A stretch of 63,854 nt of DNA, the filler included, from Choristocarpus tenellus KU-1152 (Eukaryota; Protista; Phaeophyceae): the NCBI GenBank assembly GCA_964200185.2. It is 6 parts of 6 records of this genome, joined end to end, with 100 filler letters (N's around TTAATTAATTAA, not from the genome) between each part and the next. Parts side by side here need not be neighbours in the genome. Positions count along the whole stretch, not along the records: positions 27,450 to 38,984 come from CAXNAD020002272.1; positions 39,085 to 48,090 come from CAXNAD020004091.1; 4 more parts are not named here. One strand, given 5' to 3'. The notes beneath the pieces were generated by a model. It had not been told where the DNA came from. It searched no databases and saw nothing but the letters and a program-made list of their open reading frames with translations. This document shows positions 35,851-47,786 of the stretch, piece by piece; position 1 is the first letter of the stretch, and each line of letters opens with the position of its first letter. Made by a program: the position numbers and the translations under genes.

Positions 35851-36380
35851 CTTTCCCTAAACCTTATTTGCATTACCATGAGTGTGAGGTTCAGAACTAA
35901 GGTTGGATGAACTAGCCACTTCAATCCTCAAACGGTAACTGAGTGGATGGAGGCCCAGACACATCTTCATATGTCAAACCCGCAGATGGGAGATGTAGAG
36001 ACCGTTTGGGCAACATCTGACGCATTACCACCAGTTGATGTGTACAGCATGGACATTTACCTTTTGGGAGGTGCTTGCTGGGAAATACTTCGACAATCAA
36101 CACTGCTGCTGAGCTCAGCTTCCTTTGCTCACAATATCTTGATTGTCAACAGGTTTCCAACAAGCACCTCCAGAAATCACATGCCATGCTGTACACATCC
36201 ACAGGTGGAAATGCAGCAGACTTTGCCCATAGAGTCTCCACATCACCCATCTGTGGATCTCGTGCAGGGACACGTCCCTGCCTCCATCCACCCAGTCACC
36301 TCAGGAGGCATAAAGAGGCTAGTACATCCTACCTCCGACTTGTACCCCGCATCTGGTATTGCAAACAAGGGCAGAGGAAT
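35851..36380 (-). ncRNA. Long imperfect fold-back 2A (~250-bp arms), candidate small-RNA precursor
   Basis: tttgcattacca/tggtattgcaaa, gtggatggaggc/gcctccatccac, gatgtgtacagcatgg/ccatgctgtacacatc, ggaggtgcttg/caagcacctcc, gacaatcaa/ttgattgtc around a short loop. Confidence 0.55.
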
Positions 36381-36391
36381 GCATTCGAACA

Positions 36392-36847
36392 TCCTGAGGT
36401 GACTGAGTAGATGGAGGCTCAGGGACGTGTTCTTGCACAATATCCACAGATGGGTGATGTGGAGACCGTTTGGGCAACATCTGACGCATTACCACCTGTT
36501 GATATGTAAAGCATGGACATTTACCTTTTGGGAGGTTCTTGCTGGAAAATACTTCGACAATCAACACTGCTGCTGAGCTCAGCTTCCTTTGCTCACAATA
36601 TCTTGATTGTCAACAGGTTTCCAGCAAGCACCTCCAGAAATCACATGCCATGCTGTACACATCCACGGGTGGAAATGCAGCAGACTTTGCCCATAGAGTC
36701 TCCACATCACCCATCTGTGGATTTCGTGCAGGGACACGTCCCTGTGCCTCCATCCACCCAGTCACCTCAGGAGGCATAAAGAGGCTAGTACATTCTACCT
36801 CCGACTTGTACCCCGCATCTGGTAATGCAAACAAGGGCAGAGGAAAG
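36392..36847 (-). ncRNA. Long imperfect fold-back 2B, tandem duplicate of 2A with a shortened left arm
   Basis: ~36430-36847 is a near-identical direct repeat of ~35970-36380; stem runs from tcctgaggtgactg (36392) to cagtcacctcagga (36772). Confidence 0.55.
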
Positions 36848-37091
36848 CATTTGTGTAACGCTATATTTATCCTCAGACTAATCTTCCACCAAACATTGCA
36901 CTGATCGAGATTGCAGCAAAATGTCAGCTCTTAGAACCCGGAATAACCAGCACATTCCTATATGAATGCAGTACACATCATGGACCAATTAATATTTTCT
37001 ACGTATGTACGTAGCAGTATATATTAGCATGTCCCTAACAATAGCACAAATGTTACTAAATGTAATTCAAGAGATGATGATGCTTTGAATA

Positions 37092-37268
37092 TCTCAAAGT
37101 GTCTTGGAGGGGTTGGCGGCTGTCCATTTGGGGTCAATTTTTGTATGTCGCGAGTTTGGGGTTATTTGGTTGCATACGTCAGATAGATACTGTAAAAGTA
37201 CTTTTCCTGATTTTGGACGAAATGGACACCCTGGTGTAGACCGCCCCCCCGCCCAGATACTTTGGGTC
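37092..37268. mobile_element. MITE family B
   Basis: tctcaaagtgtcttgg...ccagatactttgggtc; flanks aata/tata. Confidence 0.88.
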
Positions 37269-38716
37269 TATAACTAACATCCTTTATTACTACAAGTACA
37301 AGCAGTTGAAATGTATATAGCAGATCCATTCATGGTGGAAGTCAGCTTAAGGAGGTGGAATTTAGGTCATCCATGTATTTAATCTAAAAAGTACATTGAA
37401 ATAGACTGTTGCACGCATCTTAACATGCCTCCAATGAAGTCCAAGATCTTGAAGGTAAGGGAAGCTGCCAATAGTAGTGCAGAAATACCGATTAAACAAA
37501 TATAATATTTCAGCACATACAAGTAGGGAAATTGTGTTTTTCAGGTAAAGAACGTGTTCAAATGGCAAGTAAAGTCCTGGTGGAGAGCGTACTTGGGTTA
37601 CCTCTTACTGGTTACTCTTTAACAGTACAATCTCCTGCCTCCAGAATGATTGGAAACCCCAACTCTCACCTTTAAAGACCAGAAACTAGACGAAATCGAC
37701 ATGGGGATGAACCGCACCAAGTTTCATTAGCACTAGTACAACCAAACAAATGGATGGAGGCATGGGGAAAGAGGGAAGAGGATGGGCCCAGACAAGGACT
37801 GCTTATTGACACAATAATAGTCACTGCCTTGCCTGCGTGATCAAGTCACAGCATTGCTGCTCAAGTGCGAATTTGCTCCGATTGGAGTTCCACCCGAGTT
37901 CTTCTCAACATCTCCGCTTCCAAGATGCAAGATGTTTGGGTCCTAGAGGTCAAAATTTGACATAGTTTGATTCCCTACAGCAAAATTTCTGTCCATTCCC
38001 TTCGCCTGGGAACAAGTGGCCATACCCAAGCATGATCCTTGATTTTGGTTGAAGTTCAATTCAGTATTGGTAGATCAAGAGGTAGCCTGAGCCCAGTTTC
38101 AATATTTGCCATACCTACCATCTTCAAAAGTGCATGTACATGTTAATTATATCAATATCAAGACTGCCCAATCAACCACTGGGTGAAGCAATTTGGCCTT
38201 GCTACCATATGGAGAACCCTAGGATAACCTCCTTGTTTGCCGCTAAAGGCAAGGAGCATCACAAAGTACACTGGGTTGGGAACTGTGCCACATGAAGAAG
38301 TGAATGTTGACATAGAGCAAATATATCTAATCAGCAGTCACTCGTTGTTGGCAGGTAGATAATCTTCTCCTTAAGTCTCTCATGTACCTCTGCACTCATG
38401 ATGTCACCTACTGCTATGGAAACATGGCACAGCCTTCGTCCACATGAAAATGTTGGCAGGTACTTGTTTTTGGTGGTTAAGCAGGTGAACTTAACAATTG
38501 TCTCGGAAAATGGAGAAAAGACAGGGAGTACCTTGCAGATAGGTACACCTGAACTGCTCATGACAAGGAACACACTTGTTTCCTTACAACATCGTCTCGG
38601 CCGCACCATTGCTGTGGCAGAGCAATGCGGTCTCATGCATGCTCATGAAAATTGATATGTCAAAGAACATATGGCAAAGATGGCAAGTGCTGTACTGGTG
38701 CTGGATGACCAGAGTT

Positions 38717-38984
38717 GAGTCAAAGTAAACAAGAGGTGCCCAAATTTTGTCCGCTTTGCATGTTTAGCCACATAGTACATATTTTGCAACTCACCCATAT
38801 TTCTATGGATGAAGTGCTAGGATTGACCTGAGAGCGTTGCTTTCTCTATTGCTAAAAAAAAATGAACAGAATTCAAGAGAATTCCTATAGGCATTTGTAC
38901 ACAAAGTCGAATTCTGTACATTTGACAGCATCCTTAAAATGAAACCCTGGATACCTCCTGTAGACTCAAAGTATCTGGGGGGGG
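38717..38984. mobile_element. MITE family C interrupted at 38963 by the start of a family B element
   Basis: gagtcaaagtaaacaagagg...ctggatacctcctgta|gactcaaagtatctgggg. Confidence 0.85.
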
Positions 38985-39084
38985 NNNNNNNNNNNNNNNN
39001 NNNNNNNNNNNNNNNNNNNNNNNNNNNNTTAATTAATTAANNNNNNNNNNNNNNNNNNNNNNNNNNNNNNNNNNNNNNNNNNNN

Positions 39085-39152
39085 CCAAAATCGCGACATG
39101 AAAAAATTCGCCCCAAATGGACAGCCACTTCCCCCCCCAGATACTTTGAGCC
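39085..39152. mobile_element. Partial MITE family B at contig start
   Basis: gccccaaatggacag...cccagatactttgagcc. Confidence 0.8.
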
Positions 39153-40231
39153 TGAAAAATGTCAATCTGTTGTACCATCCACGTTTGAACAGGCTCACAC
39201 CCTGGTCCCGTTACAATATTGACGGTTCGAGACCAGTGATGGTTAGCCATATCTCATGGGAGACGGACGACCTTGTTAAAACAAATTTCACCCGTAAAAA
39301 TATCTACTTTATATGTGCACTTTCTAGATGTGAGACTATAGCGCTCCCCCTCAAGATCACTGTCCTTGCCTAGCCACCTGACCCTGGTTGTTGTCGTGCC
39401 GTAGAACACCTAACTGTGATTTGGGTGAAGTCTTCATCTTTCCAGAAGACTAACTAAAAATACATATAGGATAGGAATACCTGGTGTCGTTTATGCTCAG
39501 TACCTTAGGTGGCCATCGTTCATCATCAGCAGTCTGGTACTGTTTACCCTTTTGTTGGCACTCACTGTTCCCTCTGTAATGAGGTCTCTCTCAAGCTGCA
39601 AGTGAGGAGTTTGTAGAAAACTGTCACAACGAAACCTACTTTTGGAACCTACTTCCTGCCATTCAAAATTGGTAACGTGAGGGTGTCATTCAAAATCTAT
39701 GCAGGTGAATGGTGATAAGGACTTTCCTCCGTAGTACATCCCAAAGTGTGATTGCCTTTGAGATAGGAGCTGCGGGATCCACACTAATGGACGCAACCAG
39801 GAGAACCGAAGTGGAAGTATGGTCTGTGTTTCATTCACGTTGCTGCATTTGTATCTGTTCCTCTGACTAACATGTGGCGAAGATGCTTTTTCTTCCTCTG
39901 TGTATGTCCTTTTTTAAATTCCATTTCTTGTGTCCTTGGTCCCTTCACCCCACTTTGCAACAATTTCTTTGCGACTTGTCTACAGAATTGAGGGTTGTAG
40001 TATCCTTGGCCGGGGTATTGTTCAGTTCAAAGGGCCTTCTGTCAAGGCCTTCTAGTACACGTGTTCCTATTACGCTGGTAGGCAATTTCACCCTTGTGTG
40101 GACGAACGTTCTTCTCCTCTTCTATAGTTACAGACTCCTGATGGGATTTTGTTGCATTCTGGGCAATAGGGATGTCAGGGAGAAGAGTTTATAAGCCCCT
40201 TACACAAGAAGGGCCTAAATGACCCCCCTCT

Positions 40232-40479
40232 GAGCCAAAGTAAACAAGAGGTACGTAATTTTTTGACGTTTTGCATCATAAGCCAGTTTTTCAATCTTTG
40301 CAGTTCACCCTTACTTCTATGGATGAAGTGCTACGTTTTACTTGAAAGGATTGATTCTCCTATGTCTGAAAGTTTTCCACACAAATCAGGAAATATCCTA
40401 CGCGCATTTGAAAAAAAATACGAATTTTGTACATTTTTGTTCGCATCCTTACCTGGGTACCTCTCGTTTGCTTTGACTC
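40232..40479. mobile_element. MITE family C, TSD TCT
   Basis: gagccaaagtaaacaagaggtac...gtacctctcgtttgctttgactc flanked by tct/tct. Confidence 0.9.
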
Positions 40480-41851
40480 TCTAGGATACAATGGCTCATT
40501 CCACCTGTGCACAGGTTTACTGGACTCAGACAAAAATGCGGTGACCGTCTTGTTAACAATAATCTGGTGGAGTACTCCTGTTTTTCACTTACAACAATCA
40601 TATTGGACTAGGGTTGACCTTTCATGACCAGCGTGGGTGTATCGATGGGCGCAATTGGTGTGAGTTGGTAACAGGGGGGAACTTCTGTACTAGGAGGGAA
40701 AGAGGAGGGAAAGCTCTGCAAGGTTGTAACCACCGTGCTCTGGTAGCTCCGAAAGGAACAGAACGGTGGTGTGTGTGCCTAGGTAACCCTGGGGGGGACT
40801 GTGCTGGGGAGGGAGAGAGGAGAAAGGAGAACATTCACCACTAAGCATCACAGTGCTCCTCTCGCAGTACCAAGAGGAGATGTACAGGGGAGGGCTATAC
40901 TTACAGGAAAGGAATAGGATGAGTTCCATAACCTAGCAACCGTGGTCCTCCAGGAGGAGGAAGGTGGTAGGGGGAGTCATGCCTTGTTAGAAGGGATGAG
41001 CTGTGACAAACAGGGGTCTGTGTCTATCTGTACTACTGGTGCAAATTTTGATGATCGAGCTATACTGTCTTGTCTGTGTAACTGTGGGACCTGCTTGTAA
41101 CTTTGAGCCACAGCAATTGAGAGGGAGGCAGGTTTGGACCCTTTTTCATTCCAGGCCATCCTCACTACTACCCTGTACAACACACCCTACCTACCGCTTT
41201 TATATGCACAGTAATGGTTTACACAAAACGGAGACTTCCCCTTGCACACACATACACAGAGTGACACCACAGTTCAGTAAATAAACTCTCTGCAATTGAT
41301 AGTAAAAAATAGCGTCTTTTTGCTACTTCAGGATCCTTAAAATGCAACCTTTGCCTAACTCTCAATTACTTTTCCTCTTTGACCCTGAATGTGTGACAAT
41401 CAGACTGTAGTATGGACATTTTATGAGAAGAGTCATAGGCCAGGGCTTCCTAGACAACATAAACAAACAAACAATACTCTTTGTCAGTTCCCATCCCCTA
41501 TTTTCATAAAAGATTTGCCCTCAAAGAGAAAGAGAGAGTGGAAGAGCGGTCATCTGAAGAGAGGTAGAAATATTCCCTTTTTTGGGTCCATCTTGTCCTA
41601 CTACATAGAGGATACCACTATATTGATTAATAATATCTTATTACATGGCGACAAAATGTTCCTGGTCTGTGTGGAAAGCATGTTTGTTTGTTGTTATACC
41701 GTTATACCGATTGAGGTTTCCTTGTCAGGGTTTTCTGATTCTAGTGGAGAGTCTTCAAAATAATCGAGGTGGGGAATTTTGTCCAAGAAACCAATCCCAC
41801 AAGAAATACACATCCCTGCAACCAAAGATGTGCATTACTTGGGGAATTTTG

Positions 41852-43450
41852 TGATGATTCCCCTATCGTAAGTTTCTCATCACCCCACAGTTTTTCTGCA
41901 AGTCCTTGCAGTCTTGCACTTGTCCAACCTTAACCTCGTCCTCTCGGTTACGGTTCGTCTTGGTCCGTCTGGTCTACAGACGTCTTGCCCGGTGATTCTC
42001 TTCGCCACCCTTCTTGGCTGAGTGAACCACGCCGCCACAGAATCACACGATTGATATCTGTCCAGCTTCTATCTCGAGTGCGATGGTGTGTTGTTCTAAT
42101 ACTCAGTATATTAAGTGCTTTTCGCCATTCTGGGCAGTACTATCGACCATATGGCTGAGGGACGACCCACACAGTGACCATGTTGAAGGGTTGGTCGTCG
42201 TGGACTCGGTCATGTTCGAAGTTGATTGTACGTGGCCATTTAGCCAAGTTGGTCATGTAGAGTATTGGCGGCCATGGACTCGGGCATGTCTGACCACTTA
42301 GTATTTTGTTGATAATCAGTCAATTACGGTCGTGGCAATGCCTCCCTAATCAACATTCACTCCCCTTCACAAAGAAAAAATGTGGATATTGTTTCCAACT
42401 ATACATTTTGTTTTTACTCTAATAATAAAACATTGAGTACAAATACATCGTTGTGATTTAAAGATGTATTTTGACATATATTTTGAGATCCATTTGTCAT
42501 GGGTCAGATATGTAAATTCGAACCATCTAAATTAGAAGAACTTTCATCACCTCCTCCCATTCTCGGTACATTCTCAGTATATTCTTGGTATATATGTTCT
42601 TCATGTTTCGAACGAAGAAAAGTCTAAAGATAGGTTGAAAGAGTACACAATCTACATGGAAATAGCGGAGTATAAACTCAACCTTCAACATGATAATGTA
42701 CACATTTTTCATTGTCGAACTAGCACAATATGTAGAGGACATCGTCCAGACATGTTAGAGAAGATAGACTGGTCTGCCACCACCACTATCGTCCGCCCTT
42801 GGAAGAAAAAAGTTAGGCGGACAAGGTCTGGAAATGTTCGAGAATGTGTGAACCTGTAGTTCACACCCAATAGACATGGACACGGACCTAAAAAATAATT
42901 GTGAGACTGGTCCGCTGACGGATGGAACGATTTTAAGTGGTCACGAGGTGCAAAACCCTATTCTCATTACATACTCCCCAACATATGAGCGTAAATACTA
43001 TATTACTGCTCTTGCCATTATTTTAATAATTCTATTGGGTAAGGAATTGTGATTTATTTATACCTTCGTGTTTTGTTCATGAACTTCCTTAATGCAACCC
43101 ACATCTAATAAATGAGAAGCATATCATCCCTACTACCTTTTGACATTATGGAGATGTGTCAGGAGGAAACCAATGCCATCCATATGGCATCGATATCGTT
43201 ATTTGGGAGATATTCGGAGCGGTTTATATACAAAATATCAGAGGGCAAAATAATAAAACTATACCTAACCGAAAAAGTCTCATACCTTCCAAAAGTTTAC
43301 CATATCTAAGGGAATATCCCGTTCCCCAAATGGGTGTCATATGTCATTGGAAAATTCTGAACCCCTTTCCCGAGCAACATACTGAACCATTATTCGCATT
43401 CTGGAACCCGGTAAAAGGTTTGTTCCTACATACACACTAATACCTACTTA
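41852..43450 (-). mobile_element. Degenerate Ty1/Copia LTR retrotransposon 3' part with putative 3' LTR 41852-42355
   Basis: On the minus strand, polypurine tract AAGGGGAGTG directly precedes TGTTGATT, and the far end is an inverted TGATGATT. Upstream decayed RNase H/RT-like words: DNEKC, RLFFVRNM, VYVG.NLL.GS. Confidence 0.55.
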
Positions 43451-43859
43451 ATAACAGAACGAAACCCGACCAGGTTTCCAAGTGAAAATAGAATAAGGCA
43501 CATCTTACCTTCAAATACCAAAGTAAGCATTTGGACAACTTGTCAAAGCGCCTTCAAGTCTTCTCTGCGTTCCTTGCGCTTGCATTATGGAAATTCATTC
43601 GGAATCTGATGGAACCATCAGTTCGGTTTGATTAAATTTTGAATCACTTTCCTCGAAAATAGACCCACTACGAAGCAAGTGGCATTTGAGTTGAGTACAG
43701 TAGTTTGTGTTATTTTTAGATTCACTTTAAAGTGAAAGGTACTACTACTTGTTTGAAAATATCACCATCAACGGCGTCACTAGAATACTTGAGGTGTGCA
43801 CCAGGGTGAAATAATCGTTTACTCCAGATCCCCTGGTTCCAGAAGGGACAGGGTCACCA

Positions 43860-44110
43860 GACATTTAAACATACCTCGGTTGATAGTTGGGGCGGTTCGC
43901 TGAAGGCGCCTGATCTTGTGAGAACATGACCAACAAACCTGGAGACTGGTTGGGGGACTCACGATGGCAACTATTAGCTGGTCCGGGGATGGAGGCGAGG
44001 ACAAGAGGCGGACTAGGACCGCCGTACCAGTGCTTAAAAGGTGGCAGGGTCTGGCCAGGCGGTGGCAGCAATCGGAGCAGGTGGAGTGCAGCGCTGGGCA
44101 TAAGGGTGAT
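43860..44110 (+). mobile_element. Possible RTE-type LINE 3' remnant
   Basis: Fragments VR*RRLIL and LAGPG...RTRGG...QCLK...VW....NRSRWSAAL resemble the RTE C-terminus (RRL..AGH, RG.P...W, W...A.DR..W); heavily decayed. Confidence 0.3.
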
Positions 44111-47100
44111 GTTAGGAATGGCCATTGCCATGAAATGTTCTCTAGGTGAGAGATACAGGACCCAGGGTGATATGATGGGGTTGAGAAAGGATACAAGTAA
44201 ACGTGTAACGCCGCTGTGACCCTTCTGTCCCTCCTTCTCTACCGATGGGGGAACACGTCTACACTGTTTGCTTAGGCATGCATACGAATGCGGCCTTGTT
44301 TGGGGTTTGAGGGTAAAGTATGACTAAAGTATGTGCGCTCAGAAGATGTTCTAAGGAGATGCGCCCCACTCCGCCCCCAGCTTAAATCCAAAGTTTCAGA
44401 ATGAGAAACGGTCATAGAGTCGGGCTTATCAGGAGGCAAGCTTGTGGGTGCTATTTGTTTCACGTGTAGACCTTTTCGGCGACATCCCTCTGGTACTTTT
44501 GCTTATCTGGTTAAGAAACCGATGGTGACCCTGGTGCCTTTGCCCTCATGCAATGTAGATTATCACTTCGACATTACTGACGTAGAAGGGAGGGGGCATT
44601 GGTGCTGGTAACAAAGGCATGGTTTGAGTTATGTTACAGGTTTGTGGCAGAGGGGGGGGGGGGGGTAAGATGTGGAATGAATTCTCGATCGGGTGGTGTT
44701 CTTGTTGAACAGATGTGTGTATCTACCTCTCTTTGGCAGTACCAGGGGGGATGGGTTGGGATGCACACACCCTTGCGGTTATTGGGGTAGGTTATAAATA
44801 ACCATGTCTGTCATGCCTAATTCTGTATCTGAACTTGAAGGAGAAGAGAGGCCCTCCAGAAGTACTCTGTGGAATGACCGATCCCTGAACAGCCATCGTT
44901 ACTCTGTGATTGCAGTTGAGGAGGGGGGGTGGAATTGGACGGGATCTCGTAGAATACTTCTGGAATGTAGGGCAGGAAAGATAGACGCAGTGGTGAGGTG
45001 ATGTGAGTTTGGATACCTTGAGCATGCTTTACAAAGGTGCTTGCTCTGTTGCTAATGGATGATGATGATGGGTTGTTGATTCCATGCTCCTGGCTGTTGG
45101 AGGAGAAATACTGGAGATCATTCCGTATCATTCTTTTTTTATTTATTTATCACTTTTGAACTTTCCCCTATTCCCCAAACCTTGATCCTCCTGGTCCTAA
45201 CCCTAATCCTGAGCCCAAGCCCAAGCCCTCATTCTGCCACAATTCTGGCATACTGCATTTTCATTTCAAATGAAAGGGCTAATCTTGACTGCACTCTATT
45301 CCTGCACCGTATTCACTGAGGGGAAACCAGCAACAGGTTGTGTGTGTGATGAATTGAACAACCAAAGTTATTCACATTTTGGTACAATGCCAGTTGACCC
45401 TTTTTCTGTACCCATAAGGGAGGCGTTTTGTGTCGCACAACTCTTTCATGATTGATGGCATTTCTTTCTCACCTCTGGCAACCCCAACACCAGGCAACAA
45501 GTCCCCAACCAATCAATAGTGTAGTATGCCTTAGATACTGACTGAGGCACCTGTTCTGATTTGACAAGCTTATTGAGCGATGTGAGGTGGCATCTGTCTT
45601 TATCATGTCTGTCGCCTTTCAATGGATTTGCCTGTCAATGGATCTTAGGGTGTTGAGACCAAAATGTTGCAGTTCTTTTTGTTGGGATCAAAATTATTTT
45701 TTTCTTGGAAATTACATAGTTTTTTTTGAATTATTTTAGTCTACCAATAATAAACAGCACAAAAAGCAGGCTAAAGATCTTTTCAGGAATGATCTTACCT
45801 TTTGATTGGAACCACAACTGTTCGAAAATTCTTGTGTTCTGGGGGCTCCCATCCACAGGAGGTCTTGTTGATGCTACTGACGATACCAGCCAGAGGGATC
45901 GCAATGAAGTGCTTGAGGGTTTCCATTCCCTACAGGGAGTAGGCGTTTCTAGTCAACAGGAGGAGTTGTACTCATTGGAAGGAACAGACCGTGGTAATGA
46001 TGATAATCGTTTCAGTTTCAGAACCAAAAGAGGTGAGAATTCTAGACAAGGACAGAAACACGTCAGTGATGGACAGGGGGGGGGGGGACGGAGGAACGGT
46101 GGAAGGGGGTGCAATGGACCACGGGGGGGGGGGAACGATTGGGATGGAGAGGTGGAGAGTGGGGAGATGCAGGATGGGGGCTTGCAGCAGAAGATTTGGA
46201 TGATGTGGCTTGGGGAGGCGGCGTGGTTACAGAATTTGGGGAAGGTGTGGGGGATAGGGGAAGAGAAGGTTGGGAAGGAGCAGAGGGTGAAGCACGGGTG
46301 GGTAGAGGATCTGGAGCACAACAGAGGAAAGAAACGTTTCAGGGAAGAGGGGACACAATAGAGTTGGTGGAAGGGGAGGAGACCGAGGTACTGTTGAAGA
46401 GGGTGCAATTGAACACCGGGGGGGGGGAGGGATCATTTCCACCGAGCCTGGGCGAGGCCGAGAGCATTGGGGGAGAGAGGGGGGTTACAGAGAGCAGAAT
46501 CAGGGGTTGGCAAAGAGAAACGCCCCATTTTCGTCTGAGGGATGATGGCGGAGGACAAGGGCAGGGGAATGAGGGGAGGTTGTTCCCGCAAGGTCAGCGT
46601 CAGTTGGCCACGGAGGTTGTGGGAGGTCTGGCACTTAATTGCTCGGTGGGGAAGAGTTTCACCGGTGAATTCAATGTAGTAGTGGAGGGGATTGGAACCC
46701 CACACCCCCCTGGTGACGTACGGGTTGTCCGTGGAGAAAAGGCGTTGGTGAACTGGACAGATGAGGTGTTCAGCTCAGCCTTAACGGTGAGAGTTAAGAA
46801 AAATAAATAAATGGTATCGCTCTCGCTAGTATTACGTTTTCTCTTTTTTTTGTTTTCTTCCCGCTTTTTTATTTTTTATTTTTTATTATTTTTTATTGTG
46901 CTACTTTGTATTTTTTTTATTGCGTAGGTTGCGCCAGAGAGGGAGGGAGGAAAACACTTTGCACTTTCCGTCACTTTTATTATCTCGCCTGATTTAAATT
47001 TTTTTTATTTATTTATTTTCTTGCAGCGCATGCTGGGTTAAGGGCATAATTCCGTTTTTTTTTTTCCCATGAGCGTTTTTTTTTCTTCGACAAGAGTGTT

Positions 47101-47384
47101 CCGTTTTGTATTGATCTGTTGTACTGGAGGTGCACAGGTCAACGCAAGATTGGTGAGGCCCAATTGTATGCTAATCTTGGTTTTAGGGATTTGTCTCAGG
47201 GTTAGGGATTGATAACTTGCAGTGAGATTCTCATTGTGCAACACAACAGAGTGCAGAAAAACAATTAATTGCTGGTCTGTCTCGATGGTTTTTATATTTT
47301 CAGTGAAATAAAATAAGTAAAACATTTTTTGGTCTTGGATGGATCACTTTCTTCAGTTTTTTGGTTTTGACCTCTAACCCACAG

Positions 47385-47385
<1 letters not shown>

Positions 47386-47418
<33 letters not shown>
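47386..47418. repeat. (AC)n microsatellite
   Basis: Direct reading. Confidence 0.9.
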
Positions 47419-47420
<2 letters not shown>

Positions 47421-47756
47421 AATATATACAAATATATATTTTTAAAGTGGAAGAGAGCAATTTTTTTGGGGGGGGTCTCCAGTTTGTCTGGAGTGACAGC
47501 TAAGATTAATAAATATGTGTAGTTTTTTTGTATTTTTTGTATTTTCAAATTCGGAAGAAAAGACCAAAAAAAAAGAATATGGTGTAATAATCCTAGATTT
47601 TTGTTTGTTTTCACTGTCTACATCTTTCCATCAATTCTTACTTATAATTTATTTATTTTGTGGGGTGCATGTGAGAACCTTCCTCCGGATGGGTTCACTA
47701 CACATTTAAAAAAACAAAATGGGTCCCAGGAAGTGACAATGTGGACCGGGAGAACC

Positions 47757-47786
47757 AACCCTAACCCTAACCCTAACCCTAACCCT
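47757..47786. repeat. Interstitial telomere-type repeat (AACCCT)5
   Basis: aaccctaaccctaaccctaaccctaaccct. Confidence 0.9.

Noticed and set aside
35851-36847. CRISPR-like or satellite array
   Set aside because: Only two long units, no short repeats with unique spacers, eukaryotic context
35947-36904. Repeated ORFs of 65-151 aa on both strands
   Set aside because: They are by-products of the duplicated inverted repeat; no domain is recognisable and an indel between the copies shifts the frames
38560-38700. Copia integrase-like word HET...NGAAE on the minus strand
   Set aside because: Spacing is wrong and there are no supporting motifs
38963-39152. One family B MITE spanning the second gap
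   Set aside because: Flanks differ (tgta vs tgaa) and the interrupted family C element does not resume, so these are probably different copies
45720-46810. G-rich ORFs (211 and 233 aa) and a possible L1 CCHC zinc-knuckle on the minus strand
   Set aside because: Compositional bias explains the ORFs; C..C...H...C spacing is only approximate and no RT motif was found
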